Positions 7,786 to 16,681 of a stretch of DNA of 37,316 nt are shown piece by piece. A program made the translations under genes and the position numbers. How positions within the stretch are numbered: the first letter of the stretch is position 1; each line of letters starts with the position of its first letter. This stretch comes from Candidatus Zixiibacteriota bacterium (GTDB lineage Bacteria > Zixibacteria > MSB-5A5 > GN15 > FEB-12). A model generated the notes under the pieces. The model saw only the letters and a program-made list of their open reading frames with translations. It was not told the DNA's origin and searched no databases. The DNA lies in assembly GCA_020344395.1 (NCBI GenBank), contig CP070824.1:2227470-2264785 (forward strand), in the 5' to 3' direction.

Positions 7786-8964
7786 CTATGACTTCGTGGC
7801 GGCAGCCAGGTTAACCCGGCCTTGCTCGACAGCCAGTTCAAGAATCTTGCGTGCCAGCGCCGTCCGTGATTGATCGCTTCTATTCTGGTAGATAAAATCC
7901 TGCCCTGTCTTGATGGTGCTCGCGAAGAATCGCTTGGCCTCATCGTAGTCACCAATCCGCCGCGAAAGCTCGGCGATCATGTACGAGGCCTGGATCTGCT
8001 GCGGACCGGGAGCGATATCGCGTCCGGCCGAGAAGGCCTTCTTGTAGTGAAACGCCGCCTTCTGGAGTGCCTCGTGCTCGTTTGTGACTATCTCCGGCCA
8101 TGCCTTGCGCAGATCGCCCAGAAACTTCCCAAACGATTCGTGGCTGCCGAAACCGGTCCCGCTGTCCCCATCGCCGGAGCCCAGTGTGGCCTGCTTGTAT
8201 TCCTCGATCAGACTACCCAGGCTGGACAACTTGCCTCGCGTTTCTTCGATACAACCCGACAGGCCGTCCAGTGATTCGCGGTACCGATCTTGAAAAGCCA
8301 GCATTTCCGATTTCAGATCAGCCGCGATTTGATCCGTCTCGATATGTGATCTGACCTGTTGCTCGAATGTCTTCAGTTCAGTCTCGACAGAGTCCACCAC
8401 CTGGTTCAGTTGGCCGTATTCGTTGTCCAGCTCATGCATCAATCCGCTTACATGAAGGTGTTGAGGGTTATCACCCTTTTGGAGATCGCGATATACCCAG
8501 CCTATCCGCAGATAGAACCTGCCGAGATCCAGTTCGTTGGCATGCTCGGCCAGGAGTTCATCATAAATGGCCAGATGAAGCTTCAGAACCGCCGATTCGT
8601 TGGGATAGCGGTGTATGTCGATTGCCTCGCCGAACTGCTTGATGATCGACTCGGCGGATGACAATTGCTCCAGGTGTTTGTCCTTCACCTGCTTGAGTCG
8701 ATAAGTGCGGAAGGTGTTGTCACTCTTCCAGTCCTTGTACTTGCTGGTGAGTTCGCGCGTGTAGAAGCAGTTGCTACAGGTAGCGGTGAAGAAGACCAGT
8801 GGGTTAAATGCCTGGTAGCGGGGAGTTCGCCAGGTTATGCCCATGGGACTAAAATCGGAATCCCTTCCATCTTCAGTATATGCCCCAACTCGCACCATCT
8901 CAAACTCGTTGATTGTCCTGCATATCGGACACTCAATCTTCAGCAATAAGAACGGATTATCCAT
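7786..8964 (-). CDS. DUF2225 family protein with internal coiled-coil insertion
   Basis: CPIC...DSDF...NPL...CSNCFY zinc-ribbon N-terminus; LRIGWVYRD; C-terminal YKKAF...YMIAELSRRIGDYDEAKRFF TPR-like helices. Confidence 0.8.
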   Translation of the reverse strand: MDNPFLLLKIECPICRTINEFEMVRVGAYTEDGRDSDFSPMGITWRTPRYQAFNPLVFFTATCSNCFYTRELTSKYKDWKSDNTFRTYRLKQVKDKHLEQLSSAESIIKQFGEAIDIHRYPNESAVLKLHLAIYDELLAEHANELDLGRFYLRIGWVYRDLQKGDNPQHLHVSGLMHELDNEYGQLNQVVDSVETELKTFEQQVRSHIETDQIAADLKSEMLAFQDRYRESLDGLSGCIEETRGKLSSLGSLIEEYKQATLGSGDGDSGTGFGSHESFGKFLGDLRKAWPEIVTNEHEALQKAAFHYKKAFSAGRDIAPGPQQIQASYMIAELSRRIGDYDEAKRFFASTIKTGQDFIYQNRSDQSRTALARKILELAVEQGRVNLAAATKS

Positions 8965-8989
8965 CAGTCAAATCTCCAATTGTATAGCG

Positions 8990-9424
8990 CTAGTTGCGAC
9001 TCAGAAAGGCCAGTTCACCCTCGGTTATCGGTAAAGTACGCCTGATTCTTTCCGCAGGCACACCGGTGGACAGCATTTTGCGAGCCAGACGAACCGTCTC
9101 CGCACGATCCCGGCGGCCCGACGCAGACCCTCCGTCATACTCACTCTCCTGCGGAGTAGCCGGCGATCCAGCATCACCGGAGGAAGTATCGAAGTGCAGG
9201 TATTCGCCCCCTGTAGCCTTGATGGATCGTGGCTGCTTCGCGTCGGATTTTCCCGATGCCACATCCGGTTTGACGGCCAACGACTTATGCTGTTGCGTTT
9301 TCTTCTTTCGACGGAACGCGGTAAAAATGAGCGCCCAGAGGAACCCTGCGGCAACGTATCCCAGCACGTTCAGTCCTGTGTCTACGAATCTTTCGCTGAA
9401 AACATCCATGTTAAAGACTTCCAT
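8990..9424 (-). CDS. Hypothetical single-pass membrane protein with C-terminal HTH-like segment (DUF2802/DUF6115-like)
   Basis: N-terminal TM followed by RRKKK, low-complexity linker, C-terminal LARKMLSTGVPAERIRRTLPITEGELAFL; SD AGGTAGGA. Confidence 0.7.
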   Translation of the reverse strand: MEVFNMDVFSERFVDTGLNVLGYVAAGFLWALIFTAFRRKKKTQQHKSLAVKPDVASGKSDAKQPRSIKATGGEYLHFDTSSGDAGSPATPQESEYDGGSASGRRDRAETVRLARKMLSTGVPAERIRRTLPITEGELAFLSRN

Positions 9425-9450
9425 GTCATCCTACCTCTCTGTCCGGAAAA

Positions 9451-9774
9451 TCATGCCTTCAGGTCGACATGGGTGGTGTCGTCGACATCACCGTCGTCCG
9501 GAGGCAAAGCTCTCTTTTGCCCTGGCGAATCGTCCACATTACCCTCTGCATCTTCCCCTGTCTGTGCGTCCCGGGGAGACTGATGATCTTCTCCGAGCAC
9601 CACTTCATCCTGCATCTGCTCTCTCTTCCGCTTGGTCAGATCATCCTCCATCTTCTCCTTGAGGGCTCGCGACGACTGTCTCTGTTTCTCGCGCTCCGAC
9701 TCCTGCATCGGGTTGACTTTGCCGGGCGGTTGATATGAAATCGCGTCCGTTCCATCCAGCGGCGTATCCACCAT
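9451..9774 (-). CDS. Hypothetical charged/disordered protein ending in HVDLKA
   Basis: SD GGGAG; co-oriented and tightly packed after fliA; charged coiled segment. Confidence 0.65.
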   Translation of the reverse strand: MVDTPLDGTDAISYQPPGKVNPMQESEREKQRQSSRALKEKMEDDLTKRKREQMQDEVVLGEDHQSPRDAQTGEDAEGNVDDSPGQKRALPPDDGDVDDTTHVDLKA

Positions 9775-9804
9775 CAGACACGCTCCCTGTTCGTGTTCTT
9801 CCTG

Positions 9805-10638
9805 CTATCCCGTCAGGGCAAACTTTTCCCTGACCATATTTCTGAGTTTCATCACTGCTCTGGTGTGAATCTGCGATACCCGAGATTCGGAAATCGACAT
9901 CACCTCACCGATTTCCTTGAGCGTCAGCTCCTCGAAGTAATACAGCGCAATCACCAGCTTTTCCTGTTCCGTCAGACGATCGATGGCCACCACTAGGTAT
10001 GAACGTAACTCACCTCGCTCGATTTCACCGAGGATGCTCCCGGCCACTGTGTCACTGACCGTTTCAATGCGCGGAACCTGACGATTGTCGTCCTCGGGAT
10101 AGACAATTTCGTCCAGGGACAGCATGTTGGTGCTGGAGACATCGTCGATGGCCAGGTGAAGCTCACGGTCTGACATATCAAGTTGCTTTGCCAACTCTCT
10201 TCTCTCCGGCGCGCGACCCAGCTCATTCTCCAGAACGGTCATGGCCCTGTCAATCTCTCGTGACTTGGCCCGGGTCGACCTTGGCACCCAGTCCAGAGCG
10301 CGCAATTCGTCAAGTATGGCACCCCTAATCCTGGGCACGGCGTAGGTCTCGAACTTGACTCCACGATCGGGATCAAAATGCCCGAAGGCCTCGATCAAAC
10401 CGATCACACCGGTATTGATCAGATCGGTCAGTTCTACCGATCTGGGAAAACCCATGGCCATCCGCGTAGCCACGTTCCGTACCAGTGGGAGGTATTTGTT
10501 CAGAAGTGTCTGGCGACTTTCTTCCGTGCCGTAACGCTGGTAACGAATCCAGTCGTGTCTGGATACGTCCCATCTCTTTCTTCGCTTCGTTGCCTGTGGT
10601 TTGTCCGTCGTGATGGTTGATTCTTTCGCTTCAGCCAT
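9805..10638 (-). CDS. fliA: RNA polymerase sigma factor FliA/WhiG (sigma28)
   Basis: FETYAVPRIRGAILDELRALDWVPRS; LYYFEELTLKEIGEVMSISESRVSQIH; start 10638 preferred (10680 is an alternative) given the promoter position. Confidence 0.96.
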   Translation of the reverse strand: MAEAKESTITTDKPQATKRRKRWDVSRHDWIRYQRYGTEESRQTLLNKYLPLVRNVATRMAMGFPRSVELTDLINTGVIGLIEAFGHFDPDRGVKFETYAVPRIRGAILDELRALDWVPRSTRAKSREIDRAMTVLENELGRAPERRELAKQLDMSDRELHLAIDDVSSTNMLSLDEIVYPEDDNRQVPRIETVSDTVAGSILGEIERGELRSYLVVAIDRLTEQEKLVIALYYFEELTLKEIGEVMSISESRVSQIHTRAVMKLRNMVREKFALTG

Positions 10639-10687
10639 TCGTCCACGTCTCCCGAGGGGTTTTTCTAGCGTGCTAACCATATGAATG

Positions 10688-11542
10688 CTATTCCCTTATA
10701 TCGGCGCGGGCCGGAGTATTGTTAATTGTTGAATCTGTCCCGGTGATAGGACCAACTCTCCTCTCAGAGTCGATCCGGGCGGCTAACTCTGTAAGCTCTT
10801 GAGATACAACAGAATCACCCGCCACCGAGTATATTGAGTCTTGTGACGCTATCGACTTCCGTACAACCGGGTCCTCGCTGACAACACCAGCCAACTCGGG
10901 TACCTTCGATAGGAAGCGTCCGCTCACAGCGCAGAATTTCTGATATATATAGTGTGCTTCTTCGCCGTCTTGAGCCCGATTGAGCAGGAGACGACAGTCA
11001 AGCCCGTCACCCGACCGCTGCAGGAACTTGTATAGACCGTAGGCGTCAGATATTGACGTAAACTCCGGGATGAGCACGATCAGGCTCACGTCAGCTCCGT
11101 ATGTCATCGCTGTAAGGGCTGTCGAGACACCGGAGGCCTGATCCACGATTATCGTATCATACAACCGACTGCCCTCGCGCAACGTCTGCATGAACCTGCC
11201 GGCAACATCAATCTCATGCAAACCCAGGTCCGGATCACAGCCAACAGCCGGTAGAATGTCCAGCTTATCGGAAACCGAAGTAACCGCCTCCTCGAGCGTG
11301 AGTTTCCCCCGGGCCACCTCGCCGATACCAAAATCGCAGGTCTGATTGCACAGAATGTGTATGTTTCCACAGTAGAAGTCGGCATCGACCAGCAGCACGC
11401 GCTTCCCCAGCGCGCTCAGACGCTCGGACAGGTTGAATGCCAGCACGGATTTGCCTACCCCTCCTTTGCCGGACAACAACGTGATAATCCGTGCTTCGTG
11501 GCCAGGTCGCGTTCTGGAGTCATGAAGCTTGAGTCTATTCAT
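10688..11542 (-). CDS. flhG: MinD-like flagellar number regulator FlhG/FleN
   Basis: Deviant Walker A SGKGGVGKS, VDAD, PEFTSISDAY; located between flhF and fliA. Confidence 0.88.
   Translation of the reverse strand: MNRLKLHDSRTRPGHEARIITLLSGKGGVGKSVLAFNLSERLSALGKRVLLVDADFYCGNIHILCNQTCDFGIGEVARGKLTLEEAVTSVSDKLDILPAVGCDPDLGLHEIDVAGRFMQTLREGSRLYDTIIVDQASGVSTALTAMTYGADVSLIVLIPEFTSISDAYGLYKFLQRSGDGLDCRLLLNRAQDGEEAHYIYQKFCAVSGRFLSKVPELAGVVSEDPVVRKSIASQDSIYSVAGDSVVSQELTELAARIDSERRVGPITGTDSTINNTPARADIRE
10698..10724 (-). promoter_or_regulatory. Putative sigma28 promoter inside the flhG 3' end, upstream of fliA
   Basis: TAAC-N15-GCCGATAT versus consensus TAAA-N15-GCCGATAA. Confidence 0.7.
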
Positions 11543-12677
11543 GGCATGACTCCTGTCGCATTATGGCGCTAACCATCTGATCTACACTCGGAAGGTAGAC
11601 CCGACCCAACCCGCTGGGAGCATCAGACACGAGCGAGAGGCTCAGGCCGGTCGCTTTACATGCGGCAACGAAACAGCCCCACCGCCTGGTAAGATCAAGC
11701 ATGGTCATTACCAGATGCGTAGGTTCCAGAGACATCACACCTTCAACCAACCTCGCCATATCGCCGCTATCGAAGAGACTCGATAGAACCAAGACTCGAC
11801 AATTAGGCTTCAATCGCTCTACTTGAATCGCGAAACCGGCAACACGCTCGGGGTCGGCCGACAAGGCCGGAGTGTCTATCAGAAGAACCTCGGAATCGGA
11901 CGGCTCATAAGCGGTTGATACCTGCCGCGTATCCAGGACATCGGTTCCGAGGAGATCACCGTAGCTGTGAATCTCATCCAGACCTCCGATCTTGCTTTCA
12001 TCCAGCGATACCAGCCTGACTTTCACGCCGCCCGACACCAGTTCGGCGGCGACTTTTCCCAGCACCGAGGTCTTTCCGACTCCGGCCGGTCCCATGAACA
12101 TGACCCTGTCCCCCGGTTTGAACTGAGGCTGCGACGCCATCAAATCAGACAATTGGGAAGACATTTCGCTCCGCACCGCCTTACCCAGCGCACCGGCCTT
12201 CCCTCCGGCTCGAAGAGCGTTGGTCAATACGGCCAGTGCGAATTCCTCGGGCAGCCCGGATCCCAGCAGCGCATAATAGATGGCCTGCGTGCTTTCGTCG
12301 TCAACGCCCGTGCCGGCACCGGTCGAGCTACCCATGCTCAGGAGCAGATCAAGCTTGCGGTTAACGGCATCCAGACGTGAAGACAGACTGCCGGCGTCAC
12401 CGTACCGCTGATCCATGGGCCCGACTTCCATCGGATTCGGCCCTGAGACGGTTCGGTCGCCGACGCCATCCACCTGCGACATCCCATCCTGTCCCAAATT
12501 CGTACCGGCTTGAGAGGCGGCCGGCTTGTCAAGACATGCCGTCACCTCGATCTTGCTCTCTCCCTTGTCGCCGACCGTCTGGCGCGTTTTCAGCACCACG
12601 GCGTCGCCCCCCAGTTCCGTGCGCACCGCTTTGAGCGCCGCCGCCACGGAATCAGCTGTGAACGACTTGATTATCAT
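11535..12677 (-). CDS. flhF: Flagellar biosynthesis SRP-type GTPase FlhF (divergent)
   Basis: B-domain MIIKSFTA..AALKAVRTELGGDAVVL..IEVTA; P-loop GPAGVGKTSVLGK; follows flhA; other G motifs degenerate. Confidence 0.88.
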   Translation of the reverse strand: MIIKSFTADSVAAALKAVRTELGGDAVVLKTRQTVGDKGESKIEVTACLDKPAASQAGTNLGQDGMSQVDGVGDRTVSGPNPMEVGPMDQRYGDAGSLSSRLDAVNRKLDLLLSMGSSTGAGTGVDDESTQAIYYALLGSGLPEEFALAVLTNALRAGGKAGALGKAVRSEMSSQLSDLMASQPQFKPGDRVMFMGPAGVGKTSVLGKVAAELVSGGVKVRLVSLDESKIGGLDEIHSYGDLLGTDVLDTRQVSTAYEPSDSEVLLIDTPALSADPERVAGFAIQVERLKPNCRVLVLSSLFDSGDMARLVEGVMSLEPTHLVMTMLDLTRRWGCFVAACKATGLSLSLVSDAPSGLGRVYLPSVDQMVSAIMRQESCHE

Positions 12678-14754
12678 CTTGCACCTTCACCATTCCGGTG
12701 GACACGAGTTCCACGCTCGGTATTATTTCGTTGTAAGAGAGAACCGCCACCTGCGGCAGCGATGATTCGATCAGTCTCCGCAGGCCCAGCCTGATATTGG
12801 GCGAACAGATCAAGACCGCCGTCAAACCGTTGGTCTGTATCCTCTCCGCCTCTTCTCCGATTCTCTTGATGAGCAGTTCAGACATGGCCGGATCCACCAC
12901 CAGCATGATCCCCTGCTTTGTATTCTGCACCGACTCAGCCAGCTTCTGTTCGATTGCTGGATCAAGCGTAAACACATTCACTCGACCATCCCTGTCCTTG
13001 TACATCTCCGTAATCTGCCGCTTCAGCGCCATGCGGGCATATTCAGCCAGCACGTCCGGTTCCTTGGTCGAGCCGATGTAGTCCGATACCGTCTCGACAA
13101 TACTTGCCATATCACGAATTGACACTCGCTCGGAGAGAAGCGCTTGCAGTACTTTGTGCAGCGTGCCCAGGGGGACCACCTCGGGAATGACCGAATCCAC
13201 CAATGCGGGATAATCCTCTTTGAGTGTATCCACCAGATGCTGCACGTCCTGACGAGTGAGAATCTCGGCGGAAGCACTGCGGATTATCTCAGTCAGATGC
13301 GTCGCGACCACGGCCGAGGGTTCAACGACAGTGAAGTTCTTCGCTTCAGCCACGTCACGCAGCGTCGGAATAATCCAGGTGGCTTTCAGATTGAAGGCCG
13401 GGTCTTTGGTCTCAAATCCGTCAATATCTTCATTAAGGAAACCCGGGTTGATGGCCAGCAGATGATCGGTCATCAGTTCCCAACCGGCCACCGGTATGCC
13501 CTTGATCTTCACCCGGTATTCGTTTGGTTTGAGTTGAACATTGTCGCGGATTCTTATCGGCGGAACCACTATGCCCAGTTCGCCGGCTAGCTGCTTCCGA
13601 ATTGTCGAGATGCGTTCGAGCAGGTCGCCTCCCTGGTTGGCATCGACCATCGGGATCAGGCCGTACCCTATCTCCAGGCCAATCGTATCCACCTTGATCA
13701 GATCTTCCGTCCGTTCAGCCGCACTCATTTGCTGTTTTTCTCTGGCCTTCCTGGCTTCCTCAGCCTTTTCGGATTCAACCCGTTTGCGCATGGCTCCGCG
13801 AGTCGCCAGTCCGATCACACCCACAGCCAATCCCAGTACGATGAACGTCGACGTCGGCATTCCTGGCACCAGTCCGAATAGAAGAAGCACCGTCGCTGCA
13901 ACGAGAATAGCGCGAGGCTGACGCGTCAGTTGAACGGCCAGATCAGCTCCCATGTTGTTGGTGGATGCAGCCCGGGTAACGATGACACCCGAGGCCGTGC
14001 TGACGAGCAGAGCCGGAATCTGGGTCACCAGGCCGTCACCAATTGACAGCAGCGAATACGTTCGCATGGCGTCCGGCAGCGACATATCGTTGATAGCCAC
14101 CCCGATGACGAATCCACCGATGATGTTTATCAGCGTAATAAGAATGCCGGCCACCGCGTCGCCGCGTACAAACTTCGAAGCGCCGTCCATCGCACCGTAG
14201 AAATCCGCTTCACGGGAAATCTCTTCGCGCCGACGACGAGCCTGGGAGTCGTCTATGATACCGGCGTTGAGGTCCGCATCGATGGCCATCTGTTTGCCCG
14301 GCATCGCGTCCAGGGTGAACCTGGCGGCAACTTCTGAAATACGCCCGGCCCCTTTCGTGATAACCACAAACTGAATGATCACCAGAATGACGAAGACGAT
14401 GAATCCCACGACATAATTGCCCTGGACCACGAAATTACCGAACGAGTTGATCACTTCACCGGCGTAGGCCGTACCCAGTATCAGGCGTGTGGAAGCCACG
14501 TTCAGCGACAACCGCATCAGCGTGACGATCAGCAGCATACCGGGGAACACGGAAAGATCGAGAGGGCGCGTCACGTACAGGGTCGACAGCAGGACAACCA
14601 GAGAAAAAGTGATATTGAAGGCCAGGGCGAAATCGAGGAACTTGGTAGGCAGAGGAATCACCAGCACGGTGACGATTCCGATCACACCCAGCGCAAGGAT
14701 GACATCAGAACGTGAAGCCAGCTTCGATACCAGATTGTCGTCAGGGCCTGCCAT
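12652..14754 (-). CDS. flhA: Flagellar export gate protein FlhA
   Basis: RISEVAARFTLDAMPGKQMAIDADL, FYGAMDGASKFVRGDA, IRIRDN, VLSYNEI. Confidence 0.98.
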   Translation of the reverse strand: MAGPDDNLVSKLASRSDVILALGVIGIVTVLVIPLPTKFLDFALAFNITFSLVVLLSTLYVTRPLDLSVFPGMLLIVTLMRLSLNVASTRLILGTAYAGEVINSFGNFVVQGNYVVGFIVFVILVIIQFVVITKGAGRISEVAARFTLDAMPGKQMAIDADLNAGIIDDSQARRRREEISREADFYGAMDGASKFVRGDAVAGILITLINIIGGFVIGVAINDMSLPDAMRTYSLLSIGDGLVTQIPALLVSTASGVIVTRAASTNNMGADLAVQLTRQPRAILVAATVLLLFGLVPGMPTSTFIVLGLAVGVIGLATRGAMRKRVESEKAEEARKAREKQQMSAAERTEDLIKVDTIGLEIGYGLIPMVDANQGGDLLERISTIRKQLAGELGIVVPPIRIRDNVQLKPNEYRVKIKGIPVAGWELMTDHLLAINPGFLNEDIDGFETKDPAFNLKATWIIPTLRDVAEAKNFTVVEPSAVVATHLTEIIRSASAEILTRQDVQHLVDTLKEDYPALVDSVIPEVVPLGTLHKVLQALLSERVSIRDMASIVETVSDYIGSTKEPDVLAEYARMALKRQITEMYKDRDGRVNVFTLDPAIEQKLAESVQNTKQGIMLVVDPAMSELLIKRIGEEAERIQTNGLTAVLICSPNIRLGLRRLIESSLPQVAVLSYNEIIPSVELVSTGMVKVQDDNQVVHS

Positions 14755-14757
14755 GGA

Positions 14758-15828
14758 CTATTCCGTTACCTTCTTTTTCAAGCGATAGACATAAGCCAGA
14801 ATTTCCGCCACTGCCCGGTAGAGCTTCTGGGGCACCACGTCACCCACTTCGCACACCTTGTAGAGCGCCCTGGCCAGCGGCCTGTCTTCGACGATGGGAA
14901 TATCATGCTCTCGGGCGATCTCTTTGATCTTCTCCGCAACCAGCCGGGCACCTTTGGCCACCACCTGGGGCGCGCTCATCAGATCCAGGTCATACTTGAG
15001 GGCAACGGCCAGGTGAACCGGGTTGGTGATCACGACATCAGCTGTAGTCACGTCCGCCATCATCCGCTTGCGAGACATCTCACGCTGTATCTGCCTCACC
15101 CTTGCCTTTATTTGAGGGTTACCTTCAGTATCCTTTAACTCGTCGCGAACCTCCTGCTTGGTCATGCGAATTGATTTCTCGTGCTCGTACCGCTGGTAGA
15201 TGAAATCAAGAATGGCGATGACCAGTATTCCGGCTCCCACTTTCAGTGCCACCGTTAGAGACATCTTGACCATGGTCACCGCGAACTGGGACACGCTCAT
15301 ATCAGGCAGCAGGAAAAACTCGTCGAACTCAGCCGAAATCGCCTTGTAGGCGATGAATCCGATGATCATCAGCTTGATACTGTCACGAATGAGCGTCACC
15401 AGCGAACGCAGCGAGAACAGACGCTTGAGTCCTCTAATTACGTCCAGCTTTTCGAATTTGGGTTGGGCTGCTTTAGGCGTTATCTTGAAGCCGACCTGGG
15501 CCACGTTGGCCAGCACAGCCACTGACACTGTCAACGCGAACACGGGACCGAGCATGCCGAAGAATTGGCCTATGCTGTTGGTGAAGACGCTCGCAAAGGT
15601 CGGATCGGAGCCGGCAATCGTCGGGGCGTTGGCCATGATCTGTCGCATGAATTGCTGCAACCCGCCGGACAGATGAGAACCAGCAATCCAGAGCATGAGT
15701 CCGCCGATTACAACCATAACCGCAGAGTTTAACTCGACCGATTTGGCCACGCGGCCTTCTTCACGCGCCTTTTCGCGCCGGCGTACTGTGGCTTTCTCAG
15801 TTCGTTCCTGTAAGGGTTGCTCTGCCAT
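14758..15828 (-). CDS. flhB: Flagellar export switch protein FlhB
   Basis: ERTEKAT..RREKAREEG, MTKQEVRDELKDTEGNP, autocleavage TNPVH, APQVVAKG. Confidence 0.97.
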   Translation of the reverse strand: MAEQPLQERTEKATVRRREKAREEGRVAKSVELNSAVMVVIGGLMLWIAGSHLSGGLQQFMRQIMANAPTIAGSDPTFASVFTNSIGQFFGMLGPVFALTVSVAVLANVAQVGFKITPKAAQPKFEKLDVIRGLKRLFSLRSLVTLIRDSIKLMIIGFIAYKAISAEFDEFFLLPDMSVSQFAVTMVKMSLTVALKVGAGILVIAILDFIYQRYEHEKSIRMTKQEVRDELKDTEGNPQIKARVRQIQREMSRKRMMADVTTADVVITNPVHLAVALKYDLDLMSAPQVVAKGARLVAEKIKEIAREHDIPIVEDRPLARALYKVCEVGDVVPQKLYRAVAEILAYVYRLKKKVTE

Positions 15829-15834
15829 CTAGCC

Positions 15835-16623
15835 TCAAGCCTTTCCCATAACACCCAAAAATGACCCGAGCTGTCCGTCCAGGTACCCGGTCGCCCGCTG
15901 CAAAACGTAGGAAAAGATCGGGAGTGAAAAGGCCAGGATCACAAGGCCGGTACCGATCTTCAGCGGAAAGCCAACGATAAACACGTTCATCGTCGGCATC
16001 ATCTTGGCTACGATACCAAGTGCCACATCCGTCAGGAACAGCGTCACCGTCACCGGGGCAACCAGTTTCAGCGCCAGGGTGAAGACATAAAAGCTGTACT
16101 TGATAACTAACTCACCGGCGCTTCCGGCCACGACTACATGACCGGGCGGCATCACCGTGTAGCTGTCCGCAAAGGCGGAGATAATCATGTGATGACCGTT
16201 GATCGTGAGAAAAATCAGCGTGGCTACCACATACCAGAGCTGGCTCATAACCGATTGCTGTGTCTTGCTCGTAGGATCCAGCACCAGGGCCATGGCGAAA
16301 CCAATCTGGTAGCCCACCAGTGAACCGGCCCCGTGAACAGCATAGAACAAGAGCGCAAAAGTGAAACCTATTATGGCACCTATGAATACTTCGCGAAAGG
16401 CAATGCCAAGCAGCTCCGGGAGTGATCTCACTTCGGCCAGATTCGGATCCGGCAGAACAGAGACCAGGATAATCGAGAACAACAGTACCAGCCCGGCCTT
16501 GGCCATCCGGGGCACAGATCGATGTGACAATATCGGCGAGATAACAAACAGCCCGCTGGCACGAAGGAGAATGAGCAGGAAGATCTGTAGCTTGTCTGCA
16601 CCGTAGTTTACGAACTCGAACAA
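15835..16623 (-). CDS. fliR: Flagellar export protein FliR
   Basis: AGSLVGYQIGF, FLTINGHH, PTMNVFIVGFPLKI; TTG start with GAGG SD. Confidence 0.95.
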   Translation of the reverse strand: MFEFVNYGADKLQIFLLILLRASGLFVISPILSHRSVPRMAKAGLVLLFSIILVSVLPDPNLAEVRSLPELLGIAFREVFIGAIIGFTFALLFYAVHGAGSLVGYQIGFAMALVLDPTSKTQQSVMSQLWYVVATLIFLTINGHHMIISAFADSYTVMPPGHVVVAGSAGELVIKYSFYVFTLALKLVAPVTVTLFLTDVALGIVAKMMPTMNVFIVGFPLKIGTGLVILAFSLPIFSYVLQRATGYLDGQLGSFLGVMGKA

Positions 16624-16664
16624 CTCGAAATCCTCGCAATTATCCTTTATCGCCCCACCTTTAA

Positions 16665-16681
16665 TTCAAGTCTTGTGCCGA
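16665..16681 (-). promoter_or_regulatory. Putative sigma54 promoter upstream of fliR (-12 GA variant)
   Basis: TCGGCAC-AAGAC-TTGAA in the 217-nt fliQ-fliR gap. Confidence 0.55.

Noticed and set aside
9025-9052. ACCGATAA sigma28 -10-like box upstream of the DUF2225 gene
   Set aside because: Lies within coding sequence and has a poor -35 at the proper spacing; too weak to call
15016-15030. FlhB NPVH instead of NPTH
   Set aside because: The Asn-Pro cleavage pair is intact; minor variation
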